Counted from the first letter of the stretch, positions 13,096 through 25,632 are shown. The stretch is 64,000 nt of DNA from Octopus vulgaris (GCA_951406725.2 OX597825.1:25234001-25298000); one strand, 5' to 3'. Program-made: numbers and translations. The notes: generated by a model from the letters alone, not told the origin.

Positions 13096-13333
13096 TATAA
13101 AATCCATTGACATGACATGAACAGCTGATGTTTGATTGATTGATTGTCTACTGTAATATTAACATGTTCGTGTACGCTGCTCTCCAGTGATACACAAAGG
13201 AAGAGCAATAAAGCTGAATGAATAAATATACAATACGCTATTATAACAACTGTTAGTTCTCACTTGACAGTCCGCATGCCTTTACAAATCAAACTGTCGT
13301 TATAAAGTGTGTTCTGAAATCTCTGATATTGAT

Positions 13334-13968
13334 TCTCTTTACTCTTTTACTCTTTTACTTGTTTCAGTCATTTGACTGCGGCCATGCTGGAGCACCGCCT
13401 TTAGTCGAGCAAATCGACCCCGGGACTTATTCTTTTGTAAGCCCAGTACTTATTCTATCGGTTCTCTTTTGCCGAACCGCTAAGTGACGGGGACGTAAAC
13501 ACACCAGCATCGGTTGTCAAGCAATGCTAGGGGGACAAACACAGACACACAAACATATACACACACACTTATATATATACATACATATATACGACAGGCT
13601 TCTTTCAGTTTCCGTCTACCAAATCCACTCACAAGGCATTGGTCGGCCCGGGGCTATAGCAAAGACATTTGCCCAAGGTTTTCTTTTGCCGAACCGCTAA
13701 GTGACGGGGACGTAAACACACCAGCATCGGTTGTCAAGCAATGCTAGGGGGACAAACACAGACGCACAAACATATACACACACACTTATATATATATATA
13801 CATATATACGACAGGCTTCTTTCAGTTTCCGTCTACCAAATCCACTCACAAGGCATTGGTTGGCCCAGGGCTATAGCAGAAGACACTTGCCCAAGATGCC
13901 ACGCAGTGGGACTGAACCCGGAACCATGTGGTTGGTTAGCAAGCTACTTACCACACATCCACTCCTGC
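13334..13968 (-). mobile_element. SINE family A with an internal ~218-bp tandem duplication
   Basis: TTTTGCCGAACCGCTAAGTGACGGGG...GCCCAAG block occurs twice (13467 and 13684). Confidence 0.8.
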
Positions 13969-14274
13969 GCCTATTTGCTGTATTTTAGAACGTATTTCTT
14001 TTCTTAACATTTGTTTTATTGGCATACCACAAAGTATGCAGATGCCATCAGGAAAATAATAGTTTAATTTGAAATTGAAAATGCTTGCATTCCACTGGAT
14101 GTTTACATCTTGATCTATTTCACATTCAGCTCTGAAGTAAATAAGCTTTGGCTGTCTTGGTTTAGATGTTCAGTTCACGACTACAAGGTTCTAGGGTCAG
14201 TTGTACTGCATGGCACCTTGGGCTTGTGTGTCTTCTGCTTTAGCCCATAGTAGATGGAAATAGTATGAAGCACA

Positions 14275-14645
14275 TCATCATCATCACCATCATCACCATC
14301 ATCATCGTCATCATCGTCATCATCGTCATCATCGTCGTCATCATGATCATCATCATCATGATGATCATCATCATCGTTTAACGTCCGTTTTCCGTGCTAG
14401 CACGGGTTGGACGGTTCGACCGAGGTCTGGGAAGCCAGGAGGCTGTACCAGGCTCCAGTCTGATCTGGCAGTGTTTCTACAGCTTGATGCCCTTCCTAAT
14501 GCCAACCACTCCATGAGTGTAGTGGGTGCTTTTTTACGTGCCACCGGCACAGGTGCCAGGGGAGGCTGGCAGCGGCCACGATCAGTTGGTGCTTTTTACA
14601 TGCCACCAGCACAGAAGCCAGTCAAGGCAGCGCTGGCATCGGCCA
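14275..14645 (-). mobile_element. Family D element
   Basis: (CAT)n CGTTTAACGTCCGTTTTCCGTGCTAGC... on the + strand is the reverse complement of the D tail. Confidence 0.7.
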
Positions 14646-14649
14646 TTAG

Positions 14650-15065
14650 ATTCAGAGGAACTTCCTAAGAAGGCGAGTGACCCATTTCATTTGGTCCATT
14701 TCTGGGTGAGATTGGCTACCCTGCTCTTCACCTCATTCCAATTCTTCTCCACCTGGAAATCTCGACCAAACCATACCACAAGCAATTTAACCATACCCTC
14801 GTTATTTGATGGCATGAACCTGCCTCTTCAGGTGATGAATCACAAGCTTTTTGACTTTTCTTGGTTAATTCTTACTCCTGTTACTACCTCGTATTAATGT
14901 AGACCAGTTTCAGCCAGGTCTACATGCTCAGTGTTGGAGAATATGATGGTGACATCGTCTGCATATGCTGACATGGTTCTCCCATGTCCTAGTTCATGTG
15001 GGATGCCTCTCAACGCTTCCATTTTCTGTAGTACCGGCTCTAGAGTCAGAGGAGATAAGAGCAGG
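14650..15065 (-). pseudogene. Tx1/L1-clade LINE RT fragment
   Basis: Minus strand TLEPVLQKMEALRGIPHELGHGRTMSAYADDVTIIFS contains the YADD motif. Confidence 0.7.
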
Positions 15066-15167
15066 GATGTGTTTGTGAACTGTTTTTCCCACTTTCATCA
15101 TATCTGCCAGAGGAGATAAGAGCAGGCAGTACTGGCAGATAAGAGCAGGCGGTACTGGCAGATATGA

Positions 15168-15400
15168 GCAGGCGAACTGGCGGAAACGTTAGCATGCCGG
15201 GCGAAATGCTTAGCAGTATTTCGTCTGCCGCTACGTTCTGAGTTCAAATTCCACTGAGGTCGACTTTGCCTTTCATTCTTTCGGGGTCGATTAAATAAGT
15301 ACCAGTTACGCACTGGGGTCAATATAATCGACTTAATCCGTTTGTCTGTCCTTGTTTGTCCTCTCTGTGTTTAGCCTCTTGTGGGTAGTAAAGAAATAGG
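15168..15400 (+). mobile_element. SINE family B
   Basis: GGCGAACTGGCGGAAACGTTAGC ... GAGTTCAAATTCC ... AAAGAAATAGG. Confidence 0.8.
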
Positions 15401-15721
15401 TACTGGTTAGCTATTGTTGAGGGATGTGTAAGTGACTTGTTTTTCCCACCTTCATCACATCTGCCAAGTTTTTGTATTAGTATAATTTTTTTTAGATCTG
15501 ATGACTTTTTGCCATTTAGGCTCTTCAATGTCCCTTTCATTACAGGACACAGCTGAGTGGTCCAAAAAAGGATGGGTATGTCTTGAGGTGATTTTCTGTT
15601 GTTCTGTTAATAAAGTTGCTGTTGCTTTGAAGGTTTCTAATTCCGTTGTTGTGGTGGTGGTGGTGGTGGTGACTGGATAGCGAAAAGTGTATTTTTAAAA
15701 AATTGAACTAAGTTTTTTATA

Positions 15722-16103
15722 GGAAGCACTCCGTCGGTTACGACGATGAGGGTTCCGGTTGATCCGAATCAACGGAACAGCCTGCTCGTGAAATTAACGT
15801 GTAAGTGGCTGAGCACTCCACAGACACGTGTACCCTTAACGTAGTTCTCGGGGATATTCAGCGTGACACAGAGAGTGACAAGGCCGGCCCTTTGAAATAC
15901 AGGTACAACAGAAACAGGAAGTAAGAGTGAGAGAAAGTTGTGGTGAAAGAGTACAGCAGGGATCACCACCATCCCCTGCCGGAGCCTCGTGGAGCTTTTA
16001 GGTGTTTTCGCTCAATAAACACTCACAACGCCCGGTCTGGGAATCGAAACCGCAATCCTATGACCGCGAGTCCACTGCCCTAACCACTGGGCCATTGCGC
16101 CTC
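15722..16103 (-). mobile_element. SINE family C
   Basis: Near-identical to 23246-23630 (reverse complement) and 52831-53213. Confidence 0.85.
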
Positions 16104-16795
16104 AGAGTTTTTTATATCACCTATCACTTAATGCATGCGCATAAGTGCAATTCCGTGAAACATTCACGCTTATTTACATGGTAGATATATGCAATTTAAC
16201 TAAAGATTGTATCATATGTACGAGATATTTTTTGTTTTTTGTTTATGAGAAAAATATAAAAATATTTTATGAAGTCTATAAAATTGAGCGTAAAGTTTAT
16301 AAAGTACATTAAGTAATCATTGTATTCCAATTTCTTTCATTTTTCAATGAATAGCAGATGAGAGACTATCTTTCCATATAAACACAGCACAAGCTAAGCT
16401 TTCAGGTTTTTTCGGATAAAGGTTTCAGAAATAACCCAATAGGTTTACCATTAATTCTGTGAAATATTCATGGGCCCTGCTAGTGTATATAATTTGGACA
16501 ACACTAGCTCAGGTGTTACCAGAACCTAGCACTTACTAACAGAAACAGTGTGTGTGTGTGTGTGAGCAAGGCATCTGACTGTTGTAAATATCTGCTGTCT
16601 CAACAAAATTCCTTCCAATCCATGCAAATATGGTAGACATAAAAACAATGATGATGATGGTATTGATATATTCACACACACAAGTGAGTATGTTTGTGTG
16701 TGTGTGTGTGTGTATGTGTATCATCAACAGGTAAGATTGAGAGAATCCCAGTACAGAAAACACCTAGTAGTGCTCAAATAATTTGAACTTACACT

Positions 16796-17118
16796 TTGAC
16801 CAAAAGTAAGCCATTGTACTTAGCCTTTGTCGACCTGGAGAAAGCTTTCAACAGAGTTCCTTGCTCTGTTATATGGTGGTCTCTAAGGAAGTTAGGTGTA
16901 GAAGAGTGGCTGGTTAAAGCTGTCCAAGCCATGTACAGTGGTGCTGTCAGTAAGGTGAAAGTTGGCCATGAATACAGTGATAAATTTTGCATTCGGGTAA
17001 GGGTTCACCAGGGCTCAGTTCTCAGCCCACTCTTATTCATTATAGTCCTCCAGGTCATAACAGAGGAATTCAAAACTAGGTGACCATGGGAACTACTATA
17101 TGCTGATGACCTTGCTCC
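16796..17118 (+). pseudogene. RTE-clade LINE reverse transcriptase fragment
   Basis: KPLYLAFVDLEKAFNRVP...VHQGSVLSPLLFIIVL...*PWELLYADDL. Confidence 0.9.
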
Positions 17119-17159
17119 AACTTATATATATAACATCTCCAACTTATATATATATATAT

Positions 17160-17209
<50 letters not shown>

Positions 17210-17577
17210 AATTTATTGTTTATTTCTCTATATTTGCTTAGTGAGACAAATGCATATAAAAATGTCACATAGTTCTTATTCCAATTATTGGATGAGTTGA
17301 TCTTTAATTTTTAGTAAATGGATGCAAATATCAAACGAACAAAATTCAACGCTGATTGAAAACTTAGGGTCTATATATATTCATGTAATACATGCACACA
17401 AATAAACATGTAAAAATATGTATTATACATATTTATGCCATGTTAGTGGGATTTTCTTTGTTTTTTAATTGGGAAAAAGGTGGTTTGCCCCCCCTCTCAT
17501 TCCTGGAAAAATGTGGGGGTCTTATCCCCTGGTACCCACCTGAAACAAGGCCCTTGTGCATGTATATACATATACAT

Positions 17578-17618
<41 letters not shown>

Positions 17619-17637
17619 CATACATCCATCCATACAT

Positions 17638-18262
17638 ACGTGTCGGTGGCACGTAAAAGCACCATCCGTCCGTGTCCGTTGCCAGCCTCGGCTGGCCCCC
17701 GTGCCGGTGACACGTAAAAGCACCGTCCGCTCGTGGCCGTTTGCCAGCTCTGTCTGGCAACTGTGTCGGTGGCACGTAAAAGCACCATCCGTTCGCGTCC
17801 GTTGCCAGCCTCGGCTGGCCCCGTGCCGGTGACACGTAAAAGCACCGTCCGTTCGTGGCCGGTTGCCAGCTCTGTCTGGCCCCGTGTCGGTGACACGTAA
17901 AAGCACCGTCCGTTCGTGGCCGGTTGCCAGCTCTGTCTGGCCCCGTGTCGGTGACACGTAAAAGCACCATCCGTCCGTGTCCGTTGCCAGCATCGCCTGG
18001 CCCCGTGCCGGTGACACGTAAAAGCACCATCCGTTCATGGCCGTTCGCCAGCTCTGTCTGGCACCTGTGCAGGTGGCACGTAAAAAACACCCACTACACT
18101 CGCGGAGTGGTTGGCGTTAGGAAGGGCATCCAGCCGTAGAAACACTGCCAGATCTGACTGGGCCTGACGAAGCCTTCCAGCTTCACAGACCCCAGTTGAC
18201 CCGTCCAACCCATGCTAGCATAGAAAGCGGACGCTAAACGATGATGATGATGATGATGATGA
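17638..18262 (+). mobile_element. Family D element with ~7 tandem 59-63-bp units
   Basis: GTGTCGGTGACACGTAAAAGCACC..CCGTTCGTGGCC..TTGCCAGC units, then the common 3' end and (GAT)n. Confidence 0.75.
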
Positions 18263-18439
18263 TATATATCACTTTGATCACTTTGACCGACCAGTCCGTC
18301 AGGCGTCCATTTGACACCGCTGGTCACAGCATGCTGTCCACTCCTCTCTGGATCGCGCCTTTCTCATCCACGTGATCCCAATCGTCCTCTTGAAATCGTC
18401 ACTCCACCGTCGTGGAGATCTTCCGGGTGGTCTTTTCCG

Positions 18440-18482
<43 letters not shown>

Positions 18483-18664
18483 TTTAAGTGTATAATTATA
18501 AAAATATAAATATTTTCAGTGTCGAAGGTGTTTATAAGCCATTTAAAAACACAAAAAGAAACATTAGATTCACTTCAACATTTAAATTTAATTTGTCAAA
18601 ATATTTCCGTCCCTTTGAAACCCTGACCTGTTCACTGACAAAATTCTGTGCTGCATCACTTAAA

Positions 18665-19425
18665 AAATATAATTATTATTATTAAGGGTGCTGGAATGCC
18701 AGCGCCTATACGCTAGAAATAGATGTCAGATACCTACAATCCACTCTAAATTTGTTCTCTATTTATAACCCTAGGTCGAATGCAAGGTAAATGAGCAAGA
18801 AAATTTACAAAATTTTGAAAGTCTTCTTGCATTCGACCTGGGGTTATAAACAGAGAACAAATTTGAGTGGATTGTAGGTATTTGACATCTAATTTTAGCA
18901 TATAGGCGCTGGCATTCCAGTGTCCTTAATTATAATTATATTTTTATAATTATATACTTAAAAAAATTAATTTTACCAATATGGTCATTTTTTATATGCT
19001 AGCCACTGATATAATCATTTTAATGATTATATCAGTGACTAGCGTATAAAATGTGACCTTATTGGTAAAATTATGTATGTATATATAATATATATATATA
19101 TATAAAACTAAAAATAAGGGTGTCTGAGAGACACCACCATGCCGAAATAGCAGTCAAATCCCTGACTCTAAAAGCCACTTTAAATGTTCATATTACACTA
19201 TGAGATAAGACAGAGGGACAGTCTTTTTTGTCCCTCTGTCTTATCTCATGTTGCGATATGAACATTTCAGGTGGTTTTTAGAGTCAGGGATTTGACTGCT
19301 ATTTCGACATGGTGGTGTCTCTCAGACACCCTTATTTTTAGTTGTAAAAAATTATTACCTTTGTACGGTATTTATTCCCATGCTGGCCACCTGATAATAT
19401 CGATATTTAAATATCGATATTATCC
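18665..19425. repeat. Cluster of four adjacent inverted repeats (fold-back hairpins)
   Basis: Arms ~18665-18786/18826-18945, 18969-19075 (centre ~19021), 19105-19219/19229-19345, and palindrome GATAATATCGATATTTAAATATCGATATTATC at ~19393-19424. Confidence 0.85.
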
Positions 19426-19457
19426 ATATATATATATATAGGAATAAAATTTATATA

Positions 19458-19855
19458 GGAGTGGCTGTGTGGTAAGTAGCTTGCTAACCAACCACATGGT
19501 TCCGGGTTCAGTCCCACTGCGTGGCATCTTGGGCAAGTGTCTTCTGCTATAGCCCCGGGCCGACCAATGCCTTGTGAGTGGATTTGGTAGACGGAAACTG
19601 AAAGAAGCCTGTCGTATATATGTATATATATATATATGTATGTGTGTGTTTGTCCCCCTAGCATTGCTTGACAACCGATGCTAGTGTGTTTGCGTCCCCG
19701 TCACTTAGCGGTTCGGCAAAGGAGACCGATAGAATAAGTACTGGACTTACAAAGAATAAGTCCCGGGGTCGATTTCCTCGACTAAAGGCGGTGCTCCAGC
19801 ATGGCCGCAGTCAAATGACTGAAACAAGTAAAAGAGTAAAAGAGTAAAAGAGAGT
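19458..19855 (+). mobile_element. SINE family A
   Basis: Full-length copy. Confidence 0.85.
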
Positions 19856-20059
19856 AAACAAGAACGTGAAATACACAAAGGCACGAACACAGAAAACAGA
19901 CGGGTCATTCGAAGCCTTTAATCTTCAGTCAGAAACCGGATCATCATAGCAAATTTCGGCTGATTAATTCTGATATTTGCTCCAATATCCAGAACGTAAT
20001 TTATAAATGTACAATAATAACTACAATTAGTAATTTTATATACATTTGTTGTTCGATTA

Positions 20060-20275
20060 GTATGAAACAAAGTCTGTACAACCCCATGGCCTCTTTTAAA
20101 CTTAAATATAAGGCGAATTGTACGTTATTATCCAGTAAGATTTGGGAATTGAAGGAAAGCAGAATTGGGTTAAGCCTTAAGAAGGAAATAATAAGAAAAG
20201 CACAGCCTTATAGAAATAGTAGACATAGGTGTGAGCTGTGCTCTATGGAAACACGAAAGTCTAAAGCATAAAGAT
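20060..20275 (+). pseudogene. Penelope-like element C-terminal (GIY-YIG region) remnant
   Basis: SF..K..ANCTLLSSKIWELKE...EIIRKAQPYRNSRHRCELCSME matches the T.LS..IW.LK...C.LC..E pattern of PLEs; AT-rich decayed PLE-like sequence continues to ~21950. Confidence 0.65.
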
Positions 20276-20861
20276 AAGGTCAACTTGATTAATAATAGAT
20301 TAGACCTTAGGGTGTCATGGGTACATAGTGTCACCTGTACTTTTAAATATTTTCATAAGTAGCATTTTATAGGTCTTGTGATTCAACTGATTTTGATGGA
20401 AACTTTTAATATTTTTAGTCTGAAATTAAAGCACATTGCATATATTACAATATAATAAAAGCTATATAGTATAGTTAGTTAGTGTGCTAAACAAAGTTAG
20501 TATACTATCCATATGAATTTTTCTGCCTAGTTGATCAGATTTCATCATGGCTTTAGTAATTACTTTATTCATCCCTTTCTTACAGTGTTCCATCCTCTTG
20601 ATCTTAGTATTTATAAGGGCCTTTATGTAAGTAGCCCTTTTAATTAAGTACCCCTAAGGAACTATAATATCATGTATGGATTAACACTAAAAACTTTTAA
20701 AACCTATAATATACCTCTTAGTTTATATTTAGTATATAGTTAGCAAGTCCTATAACATCAATATTCCTTTAGTTAATACCAGGTATCAGTCTTTATAGAT
20801 ACAAGCTAAATAAGTAAATAAACAATTTTTAGTTTAAATACTTGAATTATTATACATTTTA

Positions 20862-21267
20862 GGAGTGGCTGTTTGGTAAGTAGCTTGCTTACCAAACTCA
20901 TGGTTCAGGGTTCAGTCCCACTACGTGGCACCTTGGGCAAGTGTCTACTACTATAGCCTCGGGCCGACCAAAGCCTTGTGAGTGGATTTGATAGACGGAA
21001 ACTGAAAGAAGCCCGTTGTATATATGTATATATATGCATGTGTGTGTATGTGTTTGTGTGTCTGTGTTTGTCCCCCCACCATTGCTTGACAACCGATGGT
21101 GGTGTGTTTACGTCCCCGTAACTTAGCGGTTCAGCAAAAGAGACTGATAGAATAAGTACTAGGCTTCCAAAGAATAAGTCCTGGGGTCGATTTGCTCGAC
21201 TAAAGGTGGTGCTCCAGCATGGCCACAGTCAAATGACTGAAACAAGTAAAAGAGTAAAAGAGAGAGT
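20862..21267 (+). mobile_element. SINE family A
   Basis: Full-length copy. Confidence 0.85.
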
Positions 21268-22521
21268 ATACTTCAACATGGTTTTAGTGATTAAGCTATT
21301 TTATTCTTTTTCTATGGTGTTCTACCCGACCTGATCATTTTATTATTTTATAATAGCTTTTAGGAAATAATCCTAATTTTTGTACCCCTAGAAATTCATA
21401 CTTAGCTTATATATAACAATACCGGTATCTTCACAACTTAAAATAAACTGCTTAGATTATAATTTAATTAATATATAGTTAGCATGTTCTTTTGCCTCAG
21501 TACTCCTTTATTAAATACCAGTAAATGCTAATGATCAGTCTTCATAGATACCATCTAATAAGTTAATATTTAAGTATATAATATATCATCATCGTTTAAC
21601 ATCCGTTCTCCATGCTAGCAGGGGTTGGATGGTTCGACTGGGATCTAGGAAGCCAGAAGGCTGCACCAGGCTCCAGTCTGATCTGGCAGTGTTTCTACAG
21701 CTGGATGCTCTTCCTAACGCCAGATGCCCTTCCTAACGCCTATATATAAATATTAAACTATTTCTATGTAATTTCTTTTCCTACATCTATGGTGGTAAAA
21801 TTTGGTATATACTCAAAAGTATTCAACATTTTTTTAATCCTTTTGTTATAATATTCTTCTTAATCTTCTTGATAACCCTAAATTTTAACTTTATACAATA
21901 TAGCAATATTGTTTAAAGTATTCAACTATAGTACCCCATGATAATATTTCCCCTGGGTGGCAGGGTTGGGGAGAAAGATGAATGATTTTAAATAAATATA
22001 TCTTAATTATTGTGCGAGAAAGTATATATATTCTGATGTTAAAATATAGTATCTTTCAAAAACATTCTAAATTTATAGACTATATCTCGTGTGTTTAAGA
22101 AAAAACAAAAGCATTTTACAGAAATAAATTTCCCAGAGTGTGAATTACATGGTTCGTTATTAAATATACACCCCTCCTCGCCCCTACCTTTTTCCGAACC
22201 AGAATAAGGGATTTGCAGCATATTAGGAGGTCAGGATATTTGATTCCACGCAAAAAATCCAAGTTTGTTTTGTCTTAGTGAAAATCGTACGGGTGTTAAT
22301 ATAAAAATTTACCAGATAGAGAGGGTATAACTTTACCAGTTTGACTAATTAGCAATTTTAGGAAAGATTTCCACCCATCCTCACCCCATTTTCTCTCAAA
22401 TTTGTTTATTTCTGTAATTTTTTCTTTTGCCAAAAATCCCCGTTTTAAGATAGGGAGGTTCTGGAAAATTGCCAAAAAACCCCCCTCCCAACTTCTTCAG
22501 TTTTGACTTTTTTCCCCAACA

Positions 22522-22606
22522 CTAGCCCTAAAACCCTAACCCTAACCCTAAAACCCTAAAACCCTAATTCTAACCCTAGCCCTAATCCTAAAACCGTAAC
22601 CGTAAG
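22522..22606 (-). repeat. Degenerate interstitial (TTAGGG)n-like tract
   Basis: CCCTAA/ACCCTAAA/CCGTAA units. Confidence 0.7.
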
Positions 22607-23245
22607 TACAGAAATATTTTGAAATTTTTGTCCGAATCATGATGTCCGTATTCTTCCGCATATTAAAAAAAAAAAAAAAATTCTTAAAAAAAAATTTCAC
22701 AAAGATTTTTGGAAATTTTTTCCAGAATCATAATCTCCGTATTTCCCCGCATATTTTGAAAAAAAAAAAAAAATTGTGAAAAAAGTTAAAAATGAAGGAA
22801 ATGGGGGTGGGTGGTGGTGGTAATTTAGAAATGTTGATTTTTGCCAATTTTTTTGCAGATTCGTATTCCCTGTAGCCGAAAAGGATGGTCGAAAAAAAAA
22901 ATTTTAAAGGGTAGTTTTTGGTGGTGGGACGGGCGGAAGTTTTGCCCAATTTTACGTTTATAACACGTATGTATTTGATGCCTATATAATGGAAAACCAC
23001 ATTAAACTCCAAATCCCAAACCTAAGAAAACACAAACATCAGCGAAAAAAGGAAGATAGAAAGAAAAAAAAAAGAGAAAAAAAACAATAATTCAACACGA
23101 AGTGCATCAGATTCAATGGAACCTACCGAAGCATGCCAACACGCTCGTGGTATTATCACGGGCGATGTTGTGGCCGAGGTATTTGAACAGCCAAGCATCC
23201 TTACTTAACACTTCGGTGTTTAGCGGCCGGGTCTCTACCGCATGG

Positions 23246-23630
23246 GGAGGCGCAATGGCCCAGTGGTTAAGGCAGCGGTCTCGCGGTCATAGGATTGCGG
23301 TTTCGATTCCCAGACCGGGCGTTGTGAGTGGTTTATTGAGCGAAAACACCTAAAAGCTCCACGAGGCTCCGGCAGTGGATGGTGGTGATCCATGCTGTAC
23401 TCTTTCACCACAACTATCTCTCACTCTTACTTCCTGTTTCTGTTGTACCTGTATTTCAAGGGGCCGGCCTTGTCACTCTCTGTGCCACGCTGAATATCCC
23501 CGAGAACTACGTTAAGGGTGCACGTGTCTGTGGAGTGCTCAGCCACTTACACGTTAATTTCACGAGCAGGCTGTTCCGTTGATTCGGATCAACCGGAACC
23601 CTCATCGTCGTAACCGACGGAGTGCTTCCA
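23246..23630 (+). mobile_element. tRNA-derived SINE family C
   Basis: GGAGGCGCAATGGCCCAGTGGTTAAGGC...GTTTCGATTCCC head; tail CGTAACCGACGGAGTGCTTCC. Confidence 0.85.
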
Positions 23631-23772
23631 CCACCGCATACATCGTACAGATTTTATGGGTTTTTAAAGTTTATTACATTGTAAAAATCTACCGAATATT
23701 TTATATGAAGTAATAGGAATATCAAGAGTTGTTTTCTGAATCACTTTCACTCGCACTAGACTCCAGTACACC

Positions 23773-24215
23773 GGATCTTTTCGGTTTGAACGACAGTTTT
23801 TTCTAGCGGTGTCATATGAAATTGTCACCCATAATTATGACCCTAGTATCGATCTATTGCATTTCAATCTGTTTTAGGGTTAGGGATAGAGTTAGGGTTA
23901 GTTAGGGTTAGGGGGTGAGGGGAAGGGTATCTTTTTTTTACCTTCAGAAATTTAAATAAATCCAATCTGTTTCTTAAACGAGGGACATATTCATACGGCA
24001 CAAAATGTTTTTTTTTACCTCAATAGACGTCACTGATTAGTTGAAATTGCAGAAATCGAAGAAAAAACAACAACAAATATCTTACAAACTATAGAATTTT
24101 CTCAATAAAGCCAAGAGAAAAAGATGTTTTATAAACACATTCTAGCAGTATACGAAGTTTAAAAGTGTTACGTGGAAATTATTTTAAAAAACTGCCGTTC
24201 AAACCGAAAAGATCC
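23773..24215. mobile_element. MITE with ~28-bp TIRs and an internal TTAGGG tract
   Basis: GGATCTTTTCGGTTTGAACGACAGTTTTTT ... AAAAAACTGCCGTTCAAACCGAAAAGATCC; TTAGGG-like units at 23874-23912. Confidence 0.75.
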
Positions 24216-24503
24216 CGTACACCATCGCCGATTTACAAGCACTCGCAGACAGAATTGTAGATTTCTTTTTAAAAGACAATTCCAGAGTTGTTTGCTTAAG
24301 AGAAGCTTTTTTTTTTCGCTCTGTAAATTTCTCTGTAACACGCAGAAGCTTTTGCGCTTCGTTCAAAATTTGGATCTTGTGCTTGAAAAATAAAACTCGT
24401 AAACCCGGAGTCTCATAAAATGGATCCTCGTAAAGCGAGATATTACTGTATATGTATATGTATATGTATATGTAGGCATTCTTGCGGTACTATTTGAAAA
24501 CAG

Positions 24504-24777
24504 TGGTCCCGGTGCGCGCTCTCGCGTATCCGCGCTAGCTAGTCGTGACTAGTCGATCCTACAACGACTACCTAGCAAAGTAAATAAAACACAAAATAAA
24601 TAATTTTTTTACACAAAGTAAATGATTTTTGTTAAATAAAGTAAATAAAACACAAAAAAACAAAGTAAATAATTTTCTAAACAAAGCAAATAACACACAA
24701 AAACACAAAGTAAGGATCGACTAGTCATGACTAGCTAGCGCCGATGTGTGACTACGAGAGTGCGCGCACCGGGACCA
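24504..24777. mobile_element. MITE with long GC-rich TIRs
   Basis: TGGTCCCGGTGCGCGCTCTCG..GCGCTAGCTAGTCGTGACTAGTCGATCCT / AGGATCGACTAGTCATGACTAGCTAGCGC..CGAGAGTGCGCGCACCGGGACCA. Confidence 0.8.
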
Positions 24778-25156
24778 TTCTTCTTAAGTTGTACCCATTG
24801 CTGGCATATAATTTCGTTATATCTATACTCCACAACCCACGGAAATTAGCCCAAGTGAAATGTTTTGATTTTTGTCGAGTTATATCGAAGGAATACCTAT
24901 ATGTATATATATATATTTGCGTATGTTGATATTCTGATATTTAGTCTGCGTAGAGTGGCCTTCGGACAATGTATTTACACCAGCGAATACTCATACAATT
25001 AAAGTAGTAAAACAGTTGAAAGGAAATAGGAAGGTTGAAAAAAAAGGAAGTAAGTAGATAAAAAAAAAAGGGTTATCAATGCCCAGCATTGTAATTGAGG
25101 ACCTTTCAATAAGCAATTAAGCGAATAAACGTCCCTCAAGTGTAAAGTGCGCTGCC

Positions 25157-25194
25157 TGATGTAACGATATGCAAATATCCAATTAGCCAATCAG
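25157..25194 (+). promoter_or_regulatory. Candidate upstream module of tRNA array A (CARE-like, octamer, CCAAT boxes)
   Basis: TGATGTAAC 25157, ATGCAAAT 25169, CCAAT 25179, AGCCAATCAG 25185, lying 63-100 bp upstream of the first tRNA. Confidence 0.35.
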
Positions 25195-25256
25195 GAATCC
25201 GCTTACTCACATTAATGAGAATAAAGTAGACAAATTTCGCTTTCAATAACCAGGTT

Positions 25257-25328
25257 GGGGATATAGCTCAGTGGTAGAGCATTCGACTGCAGATCGAGAG
25301 GTCCCCGGTTCGAACCCGGGTGTCCCCT
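25257..25328 (+). tRNA. tRNA-Cys(GCA)
   Basis: GGGGATATAGCTCAGTGGTAGAGCATTCGACTGCAGATCGAGAGGTCCCCGGTTCGAACCCGGGTGTCCCCT; full cloverleaf, U73, poly-T terminator. Confidence 0.97.
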
Positions 25329-25405
25329 TGTTTTTTCCATTTTATTTTAAATTTGCGAAAATAATGTATTTTAAAAGGAAAAAAATTGAGGTAGCGTTCA
25401 GGCTT

Positions 25406-25477
25406 GGGGATATAGCTCAGTGGTAGAGCATTCGACTGCAGATCGAGAGGTCCCCGGTTCGAACCCGGGTGTCCCCT
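25406..25477 (+). tRNA. tRNA-Cys(GCA)
   Basis: Identical to the 25257 copy; T-run follows. Confidence 0.97.
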
Positions 25478-25560
25478 TGTTTTTTTTTCTTTTCCATTTT
25501 TTTTAAATTTGCGAAAATAATGTATTTTAAATGGAAGAAAATTGAGGTAGCTTCAAGCTT

Positions 25561-25632
25561 GGGGATATAGCTCAGTGGTAGAGCATTCGACTGCAGATCG
25601 AGAGGTCCCCGGTTCGAACCCGGGTGTCCCCT
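25561..25632 (+). tRNA. tRNA-Cys(GCA)
   Basis: Identical copy. Confidence 0.97.

Noticed and set aside
12387-13208. Long ORFs of 191-256 aa (K/E/R- or F/L/S-rich)
   Set aside because: They are translations of the GAAA microsatellite.
17392-18139. ORFs of ~200 aa with repeated motifs
   Set aside because: Open frames arise from the GC-rich 60-bp VNTR of family D; several frames are open and no protein domain is recognisable.
23246-23320. SINE heads (families A, B, C) as tRNA genes
   Set aside because: They have A and B boxes but no complete cloverleaf, and they continue into repeated SINE bodies.
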